Positions 30,513-40,774 of a stretch of DNA of 64,000 nucleotides are shown here, piece after piece. This DNA is from Deltaproteobacteria bacterium. GTDB lineage: Bacteria; Desulfobacterota; Binatia; UBA9968. The first letter of the stretch is position 1. Each line of letters starts with the position of its first letter. Below the pieces are notes generated by a model that ran no database searches, had not been told where the DNA came from, and worked only from the letters and a program-made list of their open reading frames with translations. Position numbers and translations under genes: made by a program. The stretch is from positions 4,933 to 68,932 of the forward strand of contig VGTH01000009.1 of assembly GCA_016874755.1 (NCBI GenBank). The letters are read 5' to 3'.

Positions 30513-30953
30513 ATGCCCCTGCAACATCCAAATATGACAGTTGCGCATCGGCAGTTGACCGCGAAGGAGCGCCAGTTACTGGAGAAACCCGTGCTCGTTC
30601 ATGTCGGCATCGTCTTGCCAGACGGCACTCCTCACGTTTCCGCGATGTGGGTCGACCTAGAAGGTGAGGATATCATTCTCAACACAGCAGAGGGACGGAC
30701 CAAGGCCAACGTGCTGCGCCTCGGCAGCCCGGTCGCGCTCAGCGTCGTTGATTCTGAAAACCCCTACCGCAATCTCGGCCTGCGCGGCCGCGTGGTCCAA
30801 GTCGTTAGCGAGGAGGAGGGCGCCGGCGCCGGGATCAACCGCCTCGCCAAGAAGTATCTCGGAGTGGAAGAATACCCCTATCGCGCTCCTGGAGAGCGCC
30901 GGGTACAGTTCCAGCTGCGCCCGACGGTCGTCAGCGGTTGGGGAAAAGACTAG
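30513..30953 (+). CDS. PPOX-class (F420/FMN-binding split barrel) oxidoreductase
   Basis: PDGTPHVSAMW, NTAEGRTK, DSENPYR, RLAKKYLG..YP. Confidence 0.85.
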   Translation: MPLQHPNMTVAHRQLTAKERQLLEKPVLVHVGIVLPDGTPHVSAMWVDLEGEDIILNTAEGRTKANVLRLGSPVALSVVDSENPYRNLGLRGRVVQVVSEEEGAGAGINRLAKKYLGVEEYPYRAPGERRVQFQLRPTVVSGWGKD

Positions 30954-31070
30954 CCGCACCGGTTGTGCGAGCAAGGTCCGCATAGAAAGATGATCTGGCT
31001 TGAGGTTTACCGCGTGAAGCACTCTCAGGCCAGTCATCCGTGGCCTTCGCAAAACCGCTGCATCCAAGAA

Positions 31071-32024
31071 CTACCCGCCGATCACCATCGTCGTGCCCAC
31101 GCTATTCGGCGTAAACGCGTCAGGAAATTCTCGCGCGATCAAATGGGTCGCTTTCCAACCGGTGCAGTGCTGCGGCACGATCACGGCGGGATTGAACTCG
31201 CGCAGCGCTTGCACGGTGGGCTGGACAATCGGCTCAAAGATCGGCCCGGTGAGATGAAACCCGCCGATGACCGCGTGAATCTGCTTAACGCCGGTCATCT
31301 CCCGCGCACACTTCAAAGTATTGACCACACCGGCGTGGCCGCAGCCGGTCAGCACGACCAGGCCTTGGTCTTTGACGTTGATGACAATCGCCTGATCGTC
31401 GTGAATCCACGGGTCGGGCTGCCATTTGCCGTCGATCAGCGCGACTTGATTGGGGCTGCCTTTTTCAAACGCCGTAGTGCGGGGGATCTGTCCCGTCACC
31501 AGCGCGTTGCCGCCGATTAACATCGTCGGGCCGCGTTCTTCGACGATTTGCACGTCTTCCGCTTCCAAATCTTTCTTGCTCGGTGGAATGTGTTCCGACT
31601 CATGGCCGTCGCCGTGGACGTTCTTGCGCTTTAAATAGGCGTCAGGATGGAGCACGATCGGCACTCTGGGCCGGCCATAGCGTTTGATGAAACCCAACAA
31701 ACCGCGCGTATGATCGGTGTGACCATGGCTCAGCACTACCGAGTGAAGCTCGTTGCCCTTGATGCCGAGCACGTCCATGTTGTGCAGCACGCCGTCCACG
31801 GTGACGCCGGTGTCGAAAAGAAAAGAATCCTTGTTGCCGCCCGAGTAGGTTGTTACGAGCATCGACACGCCATGCTCGGCGCGAAGTTGCGGCCCTTTGT
31901 GCGCGTCGCTGCCGCGTTTGTGCCGCTTGGCCACCGGTGTGTTGCCCATCAATACATCGATCGAGTTGTCCATCACGCTGAGAATTTCGACGCGATCGAC
32001 GGTCTTGAGCGGCACGGTTGCCAT
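31071..32024 (-). CDS. MBL-fold metallo-hydrolase
   Basis: AEHG, LFDTG, SHGHTDH, TGCGHAG, IGGFHL, HCTG. Confidence 0.88.
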   Translation of the reverse strand: MATVPLKTVDRVEILSVMDNSIDVLMGNTPVAKRHKRGSDAHKGPQLRAEHGVSMLVTTYSGGNKDSFLFDTGVTVDGVLHNMDVLGIKGNELHSVVLSHGHTDHTRGLLGFIKRYGRPRVPIVLHPDAYLKRKNVHGDGHESEHIPPSKKDLEAEDVQIVEERGPTMLIGGNALVTGQIPRTTAFEKGSPNQVALIDGKWQPDPWIHDDQAIVINVKDQGLVVLTGCGHAGVVNTLKCAREMTGVKQIHAVIGGFHLTGPIFEPIVQPTVQALREFNPAVIVPQHCTGWKATHLIAREFPDAFTPNSVGTTMVIGG

Positions 32025-32032
32025 AGCGCCTC

Positions 32033-32845
32033 CTACTTTACTTCGGTCTGGAATGGCTTCTTCAACATCCAGTTGACGATCTGCTCGACGGTTTGGTTTT
32101 CTTTACCGAGAAAGCCGTGCTGGCTGCGCGCATCGCAAGGGCCGGATTGCGGCGTGTCACCGCCAAAAACGGAGATCAACGGGTATTTTTCCGACAGCCG
32201 CGCCGCATCGCCGTAGGGGGTAAACTGGCACTGATCGCTGACGTGATGCGCAAACAAGAGTGGAACGCGAATCGTTGCGAAATCGAAACGACTGAGCCCG
32301 GGGCCGGGCTCTTTGGATCTCGGCGGCACGGCGCGAAATAGCGAGGCCGTCATTACGACGCCGGCGATCCGGGAGCCGAAGCGGGCTCCGAGCGCCGCTG
32401 CCGAGATTGTGCCGCGGCTCGTGCCGATCAAAAATAATGGCAGATTCGAAAAGCGCCGCTGCAAATCGTCGATCACAGCGCCGATGTCTGCGGCGTGCTC
32501 TTCGCCCAACCGGAACTCATCGCTCATGCCCCAACCGCTTTGCTGATCCGACGGCGCATCGATGATCGCCGCTCGGGCGCCATATTTGATAAATTCGCTG
32601 CGGCTGCGCACGAGAAAATTGCCGCTGTCAAATCTTGGCCTGCCGCCCTCGTCGCGCAGGCGAATCGCGCCGCCCGAGCCGGGAAAAAGCACGACCATCG
32701 CCTCGGTCCGTTTCGGCGCGCTGGTGAGAAAAAAAGACTGGGTCACATGGGGCCGGGTCGGCAGTGTAACAATCTCCTGCGCCACAGCGTTGCCGGCGCA
32801 ATGGCAGACCCAGCTCACAACAATAATTCGCAGGAAATAATTCAT
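32033..32845 (-). CDS. Exported alpha/beta hydrolase
   Basis: Signal peptide, GTSRG nucleophile elbow, C-terminal HGF. Confidence 0.75.
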   Translation of the reverse strand: MNYFLRIIVVSWVCHCAGNAVAQEIVTLPTRPHVTQSFFLTSAPKRTEAMVVLFPGSGGAIRLRDEGGRPRFDSGNFLVRSRSEFIKYGARAAIIDAPSDQQSGWGMSDEFRLGEEHAADIGAVIDDLQRRFSNLPLFLIGTSRGTISAAALGARFGSRIAGVVMTASLFRAVPPRSKEPGPGLSRFDFATIRVPLLFAHHVSDQCQFTPYGDAARLSEKYPLISVFGGDTPQSGPCDARSQHGFLGKENQTVEQIVNWMLKKPFQTEVK

Positions 32846-32993
32846 GGGTTCCTTTGTGCCCCCTCACTAGGCTACGCGAAAGTTCAGCAAACCGTCAAGC
32901 ATTATAACGGAAGAGATCCTAACTGAATTGACGGCGCCGCGCCCTCTGTAATAGCCTGCAGCGGAATCGCGGCCTCTGCAAAGGAGAACAGAT

Positions 32994-34022
32994 ATGACAA
33001 AAGTCCTTGCCGCGCTGCTTTGGATAGCGCTGCTCGCTGGAGTTGTGCACCCTCAGGCTCCCTACTATCAGGGCAAGACCATCCGCATCGTCACTGGCTA
33101 TCCCGCCGGCGACGTTAACGACCTCTGGCCGCGGCTGATCGCGCGCCATATGGGCAAATACATCCTCGGCAATCCCAGCTTCATCGTACAGAACATGCCG
33201 GGGGCCAGCTCGATGATCGCAGCCAACTATGTCTATGGCGTCGCCAAACCCGATGGTCTCACACTCGGCTGGATTGCGCCGACGCTTTACTTCGATCAAC
33301 TGGTCGCCCGCAGAGAGGTCAAGTATGACTGGGCCAAATACAGCTTCATCGGCACGCCCGCGCCGAGCGAGCACCATCTCTACATGCGCAGCGACAGCGC
33401 CTATAAAACCATCGAGGATGTGCGCAAAGCGAGCGAGCCGCCCAAGTGCGGCTCCGGCGGCGCAGCCGGAACTGGATTTTACTTTCCCAAACTGCTGGAA
33501 GAAACCGTCGGTGCCAAGTTCAATATCGTGCTTGGCTACCAAGGCGGCGGGCCCATCGACCTCGCCGTCGAGAAAGGAGAGATCCATTGCCGGGCCATGA
33601 CCATCGAATCGTTCATGGCGCGCGAACCGTTTCACACCTGGAGGAAAAACAAATTCGTTCATAGCGTGGCCCAGTCGTCGCGCAAGCGCGACCCCCGGCT
33701 GGCGGACACGCCGACAATTCACGAGTTGATGGATCAGTATAAAACCAGTGAGCAGTCGCGCCGCGTCGCGACAGTGATTCTAGCCGGAGGATTCTTCGGC
33801 AGGCCATTGGTTGGGCCCGCCGGCATGGCGCCGGAAATTACCAAACAGTTGCGCGTTGGCGTGGCGAGCGCGCTCAAAGACCCGGAGTTGAAGGTCGAAG
33901 CGGAAAAACGCAACTACGAGCTGGAACCGGTCGGCGGCGAAGAAATGCAGCGGTTGGCCAAGGAAGTCATGAGCCAACCGCCGGCGGTGTTGGAGCGGAT
34001 GAAGAAAGTGCTGGGCGAATGA
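32994..34022 (+). CDS. Orphan TctC/Bug-family substrate-binding protein
   Basis: YYQGKTIRIV, QNMPGAS, AKPDGLT, LGYQGG. Confidence 0.85.
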   Translation: MTKVLAALLWIALLAGVVHPQAPYYQGKTIRIVTGYPAGDVNDLWPRLIARHMGKYILGNPSFIVQNMPGASSMIAANYVYGVAKPDGLTLGWIAPTLYFDQLVARREVKYDWAKYSFIGTPAPSEHHLYMRSDSAYKTIEDVRKASEPPKCGSGGAAGTGFYFPKLLEETVGAKFNIVLGYQGGGPIDLAVEKGEIHCRAMTIESFMAREPFHTWRKNKFVHSVAQSSRKRDPRLADTPTIHELMDQYKTSEQSRRVATVILAGGFFGRPLVGPAGMAPEITKQLRVGVASALKDPELKVEAEKRNYELEPVGGEEMQRLAKEVMSQPPAVLERMKKVLGE

Positions 34023-34166
34023 GATCCATGTGTGAGGCATCTACATTTAAACGAGGCTTCAGCACGGAATCGAAGAATGCTTCGACAACTTGATGACCGG
34101 ATAACTTACCCAACGCTTTTCTCTTTCCGTTCGTCCTGAGCTTGTCGAAGGACTCCGAGGGATTTC

Positions 34167-35315
34167 TCACGGGTTCTTCTCCAGCAACCTCGGCCCGTAG
34201 AGTCGGATCGAGTTATCCCACAAGATTTTCCGCTTGCTCTCGTTCGAGATCGGCTGCGCCTCAAACCACGGTAAGACTTTCTCCGGATCCGGTGCGTCGG
34301 GGTGCGGATAATCGGTGTTCCACACTAGATTGTCATCGCCAAAAAACTTGACGATGTCATCGAGCCCCGGTTCATCCGGATCGGCGGAGATCACGCATTG
34401 GCGTTTGACGTATTCGCTCGGCTTCATCGGCAAACCTTGACCCAAGATGACGCGCCGGCCGTGCGAGTGGTCGTCCATGCGCGGCAGGAAGAAATTGAGC
34501 CAACCGGCGTTGGCTTCCAAAATTCCCAGTCGCAGCTTCGGATAGCGGTCTAGAATGCCGGTAAACACGTAGTGCGCCAACGTGATCATGTTATCCATCG
34601 GAAAGCCCATGATGTGATCGAGGGCCGCAAACGGTCCTTCCTGGCCGCCGTGCACGGCAAGAGGACGAAACGGCGCGGCGCGCCGGTGGCGTGACTCGCC
34701 GTGGACAGAAATCGGAAAATCCAAGTCGCTGGCCATCTGCCACAGGCCATCGTACTCGGGATCGTGCAGCCATTTGCCTTCGGGCAACAGAGGGTTGCGC
34801 ACCGAGACCGCGCCGAGCTTTTCCACAGCGCGGCGCGCCTCGGTAAGCATCATCGAGCTGTCGCTGGCAGGCAGCGTCGCGGTAAACTTCAAACGCGCCG
34901 GATCGGTGCTGCAATAGTCGCGGCACCAGTTGTGATAGGCGCGCGCCATCGCGGCACCGACGTCGGGCCTCTTCAGCGCCGTTTCCATGACGCGGTTGCC
35001 GTTGGTCGACAGAATCACCTGGATGTCCCAACCAAAGCGGTCCATGTCTTTCAGCCGAACCTCCGGCGACCACCAGTGATCATAGGCCACGCCGTACTTG
35101 TCTTTCATCCACTGATCGTGATGCGCGGGGATCGCGCCACCGGAATTGAGCGCGTCGTCCAACTTTTCGTCTTTGGCATAGACGTAAAAATTGCGCTGCA
35201 TACCAATGACTTTCGGCACGCGATCTTTGTAAGCCGGCTCCAGGTAGCGATCCCACATGTCACGCGGCTCGTGATGATGCGCGTCGGCGTCGATGACTTT
35301 GAATCCGTTCCACAT
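34167..35315 (-). CDS. Amidohydrolase_2 family protein
   Basis: IDADAH, YHNW, LDRYPKLRLGILE, NTDYPHPD. Confidence 0.88.
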   Translation of the reverse strand: MWNGFKVIDADAHHHEPRDMWDRYLEPAYKDRVPKVIGMQRNFYVYAKDEKLDDALNSGGAIPAHHDQWMKDKYGVAYDHWWSPEVRLKDMDRFGWDIQVILSTNGNRVMETALKRPDVGAAMARAYHNWCRDYCSTDPARLKFTATLPASDSSMMLTEARRAVEKLGAVSVRNPLLPEGKWLHDPEYDGLWQMASDLDFPISVHGESRHRRAAPFRPLAVHGGQEGPFAALDHIMGFPMDNMITLAHYVFTGILDRYPKLRLGILEANAGWLNFFLPRMDDHSHGRRVILGQGLPMKPSEYVKRQCVISADPDEPGLDDIVKFFGDDNLVWNTDYPHPDAPDPEKVLPWFEAQPISNESKRKILWDNSIRLYGPRLLEKNP

Positions 35316-35390
35316 AGGCTCTCCCGTTCAAGGTTCGAAATTCGATCCCACTATTTGGAATCTGAAATCTGCAATCTGGAATTCAGGGCA

Positions 35391-35723
35391 CTAGCGCGGC
35401 ACTCGCCGCGCCAGTGCCCTGTCAATGCGTTTACCGATTCGTTCGGCCATTTGAAAAGTCTTGGCATCCTCGGAGCCTTTTGCCTCGGCAAACATCTCAG
35501 CCGTCTCTTTCTGCTTGCCCAGAAACGGCTTGGCGCGATGAAGAAACTCGTCGTTATACATCGCCCCCTGGGCAATCTTGAAACTGACGTTGGAAATGAT
35601 TTTCGTTGTCGCGTGGCTGCCACATTGTTCGCATCTCACGGCTCGCGCAGCACTATTCACACTTGGCCAATAAGCCTCGGTCAGGCTTTGGCATCTTCTG
35701 CAACGGTATTCGTACAACGGCAT
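35391..35723 (-). CDS. FmdB family zinc-ribbon protein
   Basis: MPLYEYRCRRC ... CEQCGS. Confidence 0.85.
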   Translation of the reverse strand: MPLYEYRCRRCQSLTEAYWPSVNSAARAVRCEQCGSHATTKIISNVSFKIAQGAMYNDEFLHRAKPFLGKQKETAEMFAEAKGSEDAKTFQMAERIGKRIDRALARRVPR

Positions 35724-35890
35724 AGGTGCTTTCGTCTTACAACGGGCTATTCACAAATTGCAACAACAGTGAGAACCGGCGACACACTTGAAGTGAAAAT
35801 CTTGGACTTGAAACCGCGTGCCCTACGGCGGCAACGGCAGTGGTATCGGAAATGATTCTCAGTTTCAGTTAGCACGAGGTCTTCCGCTTT

Positions 35891-36022
35891 GGGAATTGTG
35901 CCGGAATGCGAGAATCCCGCGATTTGTCATCCTGAGCGCCAGCGAAGGATCTGCTTTTGCGCGCAGTTGCATGAAGCAGATTCTTCGCCTTTGGCTCAGA
36001 ATGACGATTACGGCACAGTCTC
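35891..36022. mobile_element. MITE-like element with IS1182-type ends enclosing a palindromic repeat
   Basis: Right end ATTACGGCACAGTCTC resembles the end at 1637-1652; left end GGGAATTGTGCCGGAAT; interior GTCATCCTGAGC..CGAAGGATCT / AGATTCTTCG..GCTCAGAATGAC. Confidence 0.55.
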
Positions 36023-36069
36023 CAAGGAGGAGGGGAGTCGGATGTTTTTATTGGGCTTGGAAACTGAGG

Positions 36070-37065
36070 TCAGTTCTTGCCAAAGATCTCTTGAAACTGC
36101 TTCACGTAGCGATCGAAGTTTTCGTAAACCTGCTCGGCGGTAAAAACCGCCGTGAACCCCTGCGCGAGTTTCGGCGGATCGGGTAAGACATCGATGCGAT
36201 CGGGCACGCGGCGCTGCGCTCGGATCGTCTCCTGACCGGTCTTCGACAAAACAAAATCGATGAACAGCTTGCCAGCGTTCGCGCGCGGCGCTTTCGCCGA
36301 CAGGCCCAGCGGATTCAAATTCGCGTAAACCGGATCGAGCGGCACCCAATCCACCGGCGCGCCGTCGCGCTTCAACGTTTCAAAGTTCTGCGAGTAAGCG
36401 GCCAATCCCGAGTTTACCTCTCCTGCGGCAATGAGCTGCGCCAACAAAGTTCGGCCGTTGCGGAGTTGCGGCTGCTGCTTAGCCAACTCACGCATGAAGA
36501 CCAAACCCTTCTCCTGCCCCATGGCTTGCAGCATGACGGCAAACCATTCGTAGGCGGTCTGCACGATGCCCACTTGGCCTTTCCACATTGGCTTGAGCAA
36601 GTCGCTGTGCAACTTGGGCACGTTGTCGCGGCTGACGTGCCGGCTATTGTAGCCGAGCACCGTGTAGTTCGTGTAAACCGAAGTCCACGTCCCCTGGGGA
36701 TCTTTGTGTCCGGTGCGAATAAACTTTCGCTCCGGCGAATCGTAGGCCGCCAACAGGCCGCGCTTTTTCAAATTGTGCGCATAAAAGCCGGTCGTGCTGA
36801 CGATGTCCCATTCAAACTTGCCGGCCCGCGCCTCGGCGAGAATGCGCTCCATCAACTGCGCATCGCCGGCGCGATAAAACTGCGCGTCGATTTTTGGATA
36901 AATTTCTTTGAAGCGATCGATAATGCGGCGCGCGTCGGTCGCGCCGAGTGAGGCGTACCAGGTGAGTTTGCCTTCCGCTTCGGCTTTTTCTCTCCACTCC
37001 GAAGCATGTACCGAAGCAACAAGGGCGATCACGGCAAATGCGATGGCAATACTTTTTACGATCAT
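36070..37065 (-). CDS. ABC-type extracellular solute-binding protein
   Basis: Signal peptide, AEAEGKLTWY, DLLKPMWKG, APRANAGKLFIDFVLS..GQ. Confidence 0.85.
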   Translation of the reverse strand: MIVKSIAIAFAVIALVASVHASEWREKAEAEGKLTWYASLGATDARRIIDRFKEIYPKIDAQFYRAGDAQLMERILAEARAGKFEWDIVSTTGFYAHNLKKRGLLAAYDSPERKFIRTGHKDPQGTWTSVYTNYTVLGYNSRHVSRDNVPKLHSDLLKPMWKGQVGIVQTAYEWFAVMLQAMGQEKGLVFMRELAKQQPQLRNGRTLLAQLIAAGEVNSGLAAYSQNFETLKRDGAPVDWVPLDPVYANLNPLGLSAKAPRANAGKLFIDFVLSKTGQETIRAQRRVPDRIDVLPDPPKLAQGFTAVFTAEQVYENFDRYVKQFQEIFGKN

Positions 37066-37103
37066 GATCGCGCAACGACCGCGGGCAGGTCTCAGACCCG
37101 CCC

Positions 37104-37892
37104 CTACGGTTTTATGAAGCCGTGCTTCCTGAGAAATTGGAGCATGTGAGCATCGAAGGTTGCGGGATCTTCCAAACAGCAAGCATGCCCGGCGCCGGGG
37201 ATCGTATGATGCACCGCCCCGGCGATGCGCGTGCTCATCTCTTTGCTGCGTTTGAGCGAGTTGTCGAACTCGCCGTTCATGATCAGCACCGGCATTTTAA
37301 GCTCGGGCAAGCGCGCGGTGAGATCGCGGTTCTGTAACGCATTGAAGATTTCGGCAATCGCTGGCGCGCTGAGCTCGGCGTCCATCTCAGTGTGCATGCC
37401 CAACAAATATTTGCCCAATATTGTCTGCGGAAAGTCTTTGCTCACCAGGTCGGTGAGATGCTGGATATGAAATTTCTCAACGCCCTGCTTCATGTAACCA
37501 TCGATGCGGCTGCCGTAGCGGTCGCCCGGCATGCTGCTGCAGCCAACTAGAATCAGCGCTTTGAAAATCTCCGGATGGTCCAGCCCCAACTGCAAGCCCA
37601 TGACACCGCCGACGCTGACGCCGGCAAAAACTGCTTCGCGCGCGCCTTCCTGTTTGCACACGGCGACCACGTCGTCGCACAGATCGTTCATCGTGATCGG
37701 CGTTGCCGGCTTGTCAGAATAGCCGTAGGCGCGCAGATCGATGTTGATCACTTTCACAAACGTCGAAAAGTGCGCCGCCTGGTACATGAACATGCGCCGG
37801 TCAAACGGGTTGGCATGCATCAAGACCAGCGGATAGCCTTCGCCCGAGACTTCGTAGTAGCTTTTGACGCCGTGGTTTGTGCTGTAGGGCAT
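37104..37892 (-). CDS. Alpha/beta hydrolase
   Basis: DLRAYGYSD, GVSVGG, GAGH; the stop codon lies within a REP. Confidence 0.85.
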   Translation of the reverse strand: MPYSTNHGVKSYYEVSGEGYPLVLMHANPFDRRMFMYQAAHFSTFVKVINIDLRAYGYSDKPATPITMNDLCDDVVAVCKQEGAREAVFAGVSVGGVMGLQLGLDHPEIFKALILVGCSSMPGDRYGSRIDGYMKQGVEKFHIQHLTDLVSKDFPQTILGKYLLGMHTEMDAELSAPAIAEIFNALQNRDLTARLPELKMPVLIMNGEFDNSLKRSKEMSTRIAGAVHHTIPGAGHACCLEDPATFDAHMLQFLRKHGFIKP

Positions 37893-37902
37893 GGCAGACT
37901 CG

Positions 37903-38472
37903 CTATTGTTTCTTGGGTGCCGCTTTATCCCCGGCTTTCTTGATATCGACAACCTTGATGTCAAAAAAGAGCGTCTTTCCAGCCATCGGATGGTTGAAGT
38001 CGACGATTACGGTCGAATCCTTGATCTCATGGACGCGCACCGGCATCGGCTGCCCTTGCGGCCCGCTGGCCATCAGCATGGTCCCAACTTTGAGTGCCTC
38101 GGGCGGTAATTTGTCTTTGGGAACTTCTTGAAATGCCGCCGGGTTCACGGGACCATAGCCATCCTCCGGCTTTACCTGCACCTTTTTTTCCTGGCCAACT
38201 TTCATGCCGAGGAGTTCTTTATCCAAACCAGGGATGATCTGGCCGCTGCCCTTGGTAAAAACCAATGGCGGCTTGCCTTTGCTGGTGTCCATCACTTGGC
38301 CTTTGTCGTCTGTCAACGTGTACTCCATCGAAACCACCGAACCATTCTGAACCGCGACTCCAGACTCAGCAGCCGGCGCGGCACGATGGTCGACAAAGAA
38401 CCAAAAGCCAACCACGATAAAGACGGCAAGCTTTAGCGTACTCACACAATTCACAAGACCTCCCAAGCGCAC
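37903..38472 (-). CDS. FKBP-type peptidyl-prolyl isomerase (SlyD-like) with N-terminal hydrophobic leader
   Basis: GQIIPGL, PEDGYG, VDFNHPMAGKTL; no His-rich tail. Confidence 0.88.
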   Translation of the reverse strand: MRLGGLVNCVSTLKLAVFIVVGFWFFVDHRAAPAAESGVAVQNGSVVSMEYTLTDDKGQVMDTSKGKPPLVFTKGSGQIIPGLDKELLGMKVGQEKKVQVKPEDGYGPVNPAAFQEVPKDKLPPEALKVGTMLMASGPQGQPMPVRVHEIKDSTVIVDFNHPMAGKTLFFDIKVVDIKKAGDKAAPKKQ

Positions 38473-38596
38473 AAAAGTTTGCTTGAGCCTTCACGCTACG
38501 CGCTGCCGTCGCGGATTACAACACAGACTTCGACGGCTTGATGGTCCGGCAAAGTCGCACTATAACACGATAATCAATCCCCCAAGGAGAACCATC

Positions 38597-40309
38597 ATGC
38601 ACGGCGGACAAGCGATGTTGAAAGCGATCGAGCGAAGCAGCGTCGAATACATTTTTTCCTCTCCGGGTTCCGAGTGGCCGCCCATGTGGGAAGCGCTCGC
38701 GGAAGCGGCGGCGCGCGGCGCGAAGAATCCGGGATACATCAACTGCCGCCACGAAGCGGTCGCTGTCGCCATGGCTGCCGGCTACACAAAAGTAACGAAT
38801 CGGCCGCAGGTCGTCATGCTGCACGCCACCGCTGGGCCGTTGAACGGCGCCATGACCATGCGCGCCGCGCTGCACGAACGCACGCCGATGGTCATTCTCA
38901 CCGGCGAGATTGCTGCCTATGGCGAGAACACCAGAGTCGCCGATCCCGGCGGCCAATGGCTGCATGATCTGACCGATCTCGGCGGCTCGCCCGATTTACT
39001 CCGTAGCTGCGTGAAGTGGGCGGACCGCATTTCGTCCGCTGAACTGCTCGGTCCCACGATCGAACGCGCAGTGCGCATCGCCGTCGAGCCGCCGGCGGGT
39101 CCGGTGCTGGTTGGGATTCCGTTCGAGTGCATGATGGAGCAAGTGAACGACATCGACCACGGAAAGCCGAACGAAGTCGTGCGCGCTGCGCGCGTCGACG
39201 ACGTATCGATCGATCGCGCGCTCAACATGATCGCGGCGGCGAAAAATCCGCTCGCGTTGACCGAACATGTCGGCGGCGACCCGGTCGCCGTGCAAAGGTT
39301 CGTCGAGTTTTGTGAGTTGTTCGGCATTCCAGTGATGGAGACTTATCGGCCGGCGTTCCTGAACTTTCCGCGCACCCATCCACTCTACCTGCACCATGAC
39401 CCCAAAGCGGTGGAGGCTGCGGACCTGATTCTCATGGTCGAATCGGTCACGCCGTGGTACCCGGCGAGCAAAACACCGAAGAACGCAAAAATCATCAGCA
39501 TCACAGAAGAATTTCCAGTCTCGCGTCTGCCCTACTGGGGCTACAACGTCGACCTCGCATTGGTCGCGCCGCCGGCTTCGACGTTCGATCAGCTGATCAA
39601 GAAGGGCAGCGCGTCAGAACAAGTCGCGGCCAATCGCAAAGAATACGCGCAGCGCGCAGCGCGGGCCAAAGAGCAGCATGAAAGCTATTTTGGCAAGCTG
39701 CATGATGAAGCCAAGAAACACGCGGCTGCCAGCCCGCTCGACCCGCGTTGGGCCATCCACGCGCTCGGCGAAGCGCTGCCGGCCGATTCCGTGATCTCCG
39801 AAGAGACCACCGTCTACCGCGGTTTGATTCAAGAAATGATCCCGCGCACTGACGCGCAATCTTATTTCGCTCGCATCACTGGCGGCCTTGGCGTCGGCTT
39901 GAGCTACGCGCTCGGCGTCAAACTCGCCATGCCCGAACGGCCGGTTTTCGCGCTGATCGGCGACGGCGCCTTTCACTACAACGCCGTGCCGTCCTGCTTG
40001 GGCGTCGCGGAAGAGTACGGCCTGCCGATCCACGCCGTCGTCTTCAACAACGGCCGCTATCTGTCGATGGAAACCAGCCTGATCAAATATTTCCCCACCG
40101 GCGCCGCGAAAAACACCGGCGTCCACTTCGGCGCCGAAATCGGCCCGCGGCCCGACTACCAGCACTACGCCAAAGCCCACGGCGGCGAGGGCGTGCGCGT
40201 GAGCGACCCGGGCGCCATCAAAGGCGCCATCGATTTAGCGATGCAGTGCGAAAAGGAAAAGAAACTGAGCGTGATCGATCTCGTGTTGAGCGATTTTAAT
40301 CCACGGTAG
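38597..40309 (+). CDS. Thiamine pyrophosphate-dependent enzyme (acetolactate synthase-like superfamily)
   Basis: SPGSE, RHEAVAVAMAAGY, GDGAF...NN. Confidence 0.88.
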   Translation: MHGGQAMLKAIERSSVEYIFSSPGSEWPPMWEALAEAAARGAKNPGYINCRHEAVAVAMAAGYTKVTNRPQVVMLHATAGPLNGAMTMRAALHERTPMVILTGEIAAYGENTRVADPGGQWLHDLTDLGGSPDLLRSCVKWADRISSAELLGPTIERAVRIAVEPPAGPVLVGIPFECMMEQVNDIDHGKPNEVVRAARVDDVSIDRALNMIAAAKNPLALTEHVGGDPVAVQRFVEFCELFGIPVMETYRPAFLNFPRTHPLYLHHDPKAVEAADLILMVESVTPWYPASKTPKNAKIISITEEFPVSRLPYWGYNVDLALVAPPASTFDQLIKKGSASEQVAANRKEYAQRAARAKEQHESYFGKLHDEAKKHAAASPLDPRWAIHALGEALPADSVISEETTVYRGLIQEMIPRTDAQSYFARITGGLGVGLSYALGVKLAMPERPVFALIGDGAFHYNAVPSCLGVAEEYGLPIHAVVFNNGRYLSMETSLIKYFPTGAAKNTGVHFGAEIGPRPDYQHYAKAHGGEGVRVSDPGAIKGAIDLAMQCEKEKKLSVIDLVLSDFNPR

Positions 40310-40336
40310 TGGATTCAGATACATCACCACGGAGCA

Positions 40337-40601
40337 CCTAGCCCGAATTATTCATGCGACCGGGAAAACCCGTGACACTGTGTCGATCGAAGTGGAACTC
40401 TGGAGGAGCGCAGGCATCAGCGCAAATCGTTCGGTTTGATTCGCCGATGCTGGGCATTTCTTCGACCTTTCCACTGCGATTCGCAGAGCAGGGCGACCGC
40501 CGGTCGCCCCTACAAGGCGGCGTCGAAGCGGATATCTGTTGCCTTCGCTCCGGAAGAGTTTCACTTCGATCGCGCCGCAGCGATGAATAATCCGGGCTAG
40601 G
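40337..40601. mobile_element. 265-bp MITE with 19-bp TIRs (copy 1)
   Basis: CCTAGCCCGAATTATTCAT / ATGAATAATCCGGGCTAGG match at 18 of 19; second copy at 50673-50937. Confidence 0.8.
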
Positions 40602-40774
40602 GCGGCACAGCCGCAACCGACCGGAACAATCTCTCGCAAAGACGCAAAGGTTCGGAGGGGAAATATTCACCACGAAGGGCACGAAGATCACGAAGGTAAA
40701 GGAAACATCAAAAACATCTGTAACATGCGCGCCCCCAGCAAGCTGTTGCCTGTTGCCTACCGACTGTTGCTTCT

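Noticed and set aside
34701..35855. 384-aa plus-strand ORF and similar long antisense ORFs elsewhere
   Set aside because: Antisense shadows of well-supported genes, as expected in high-GC DNA
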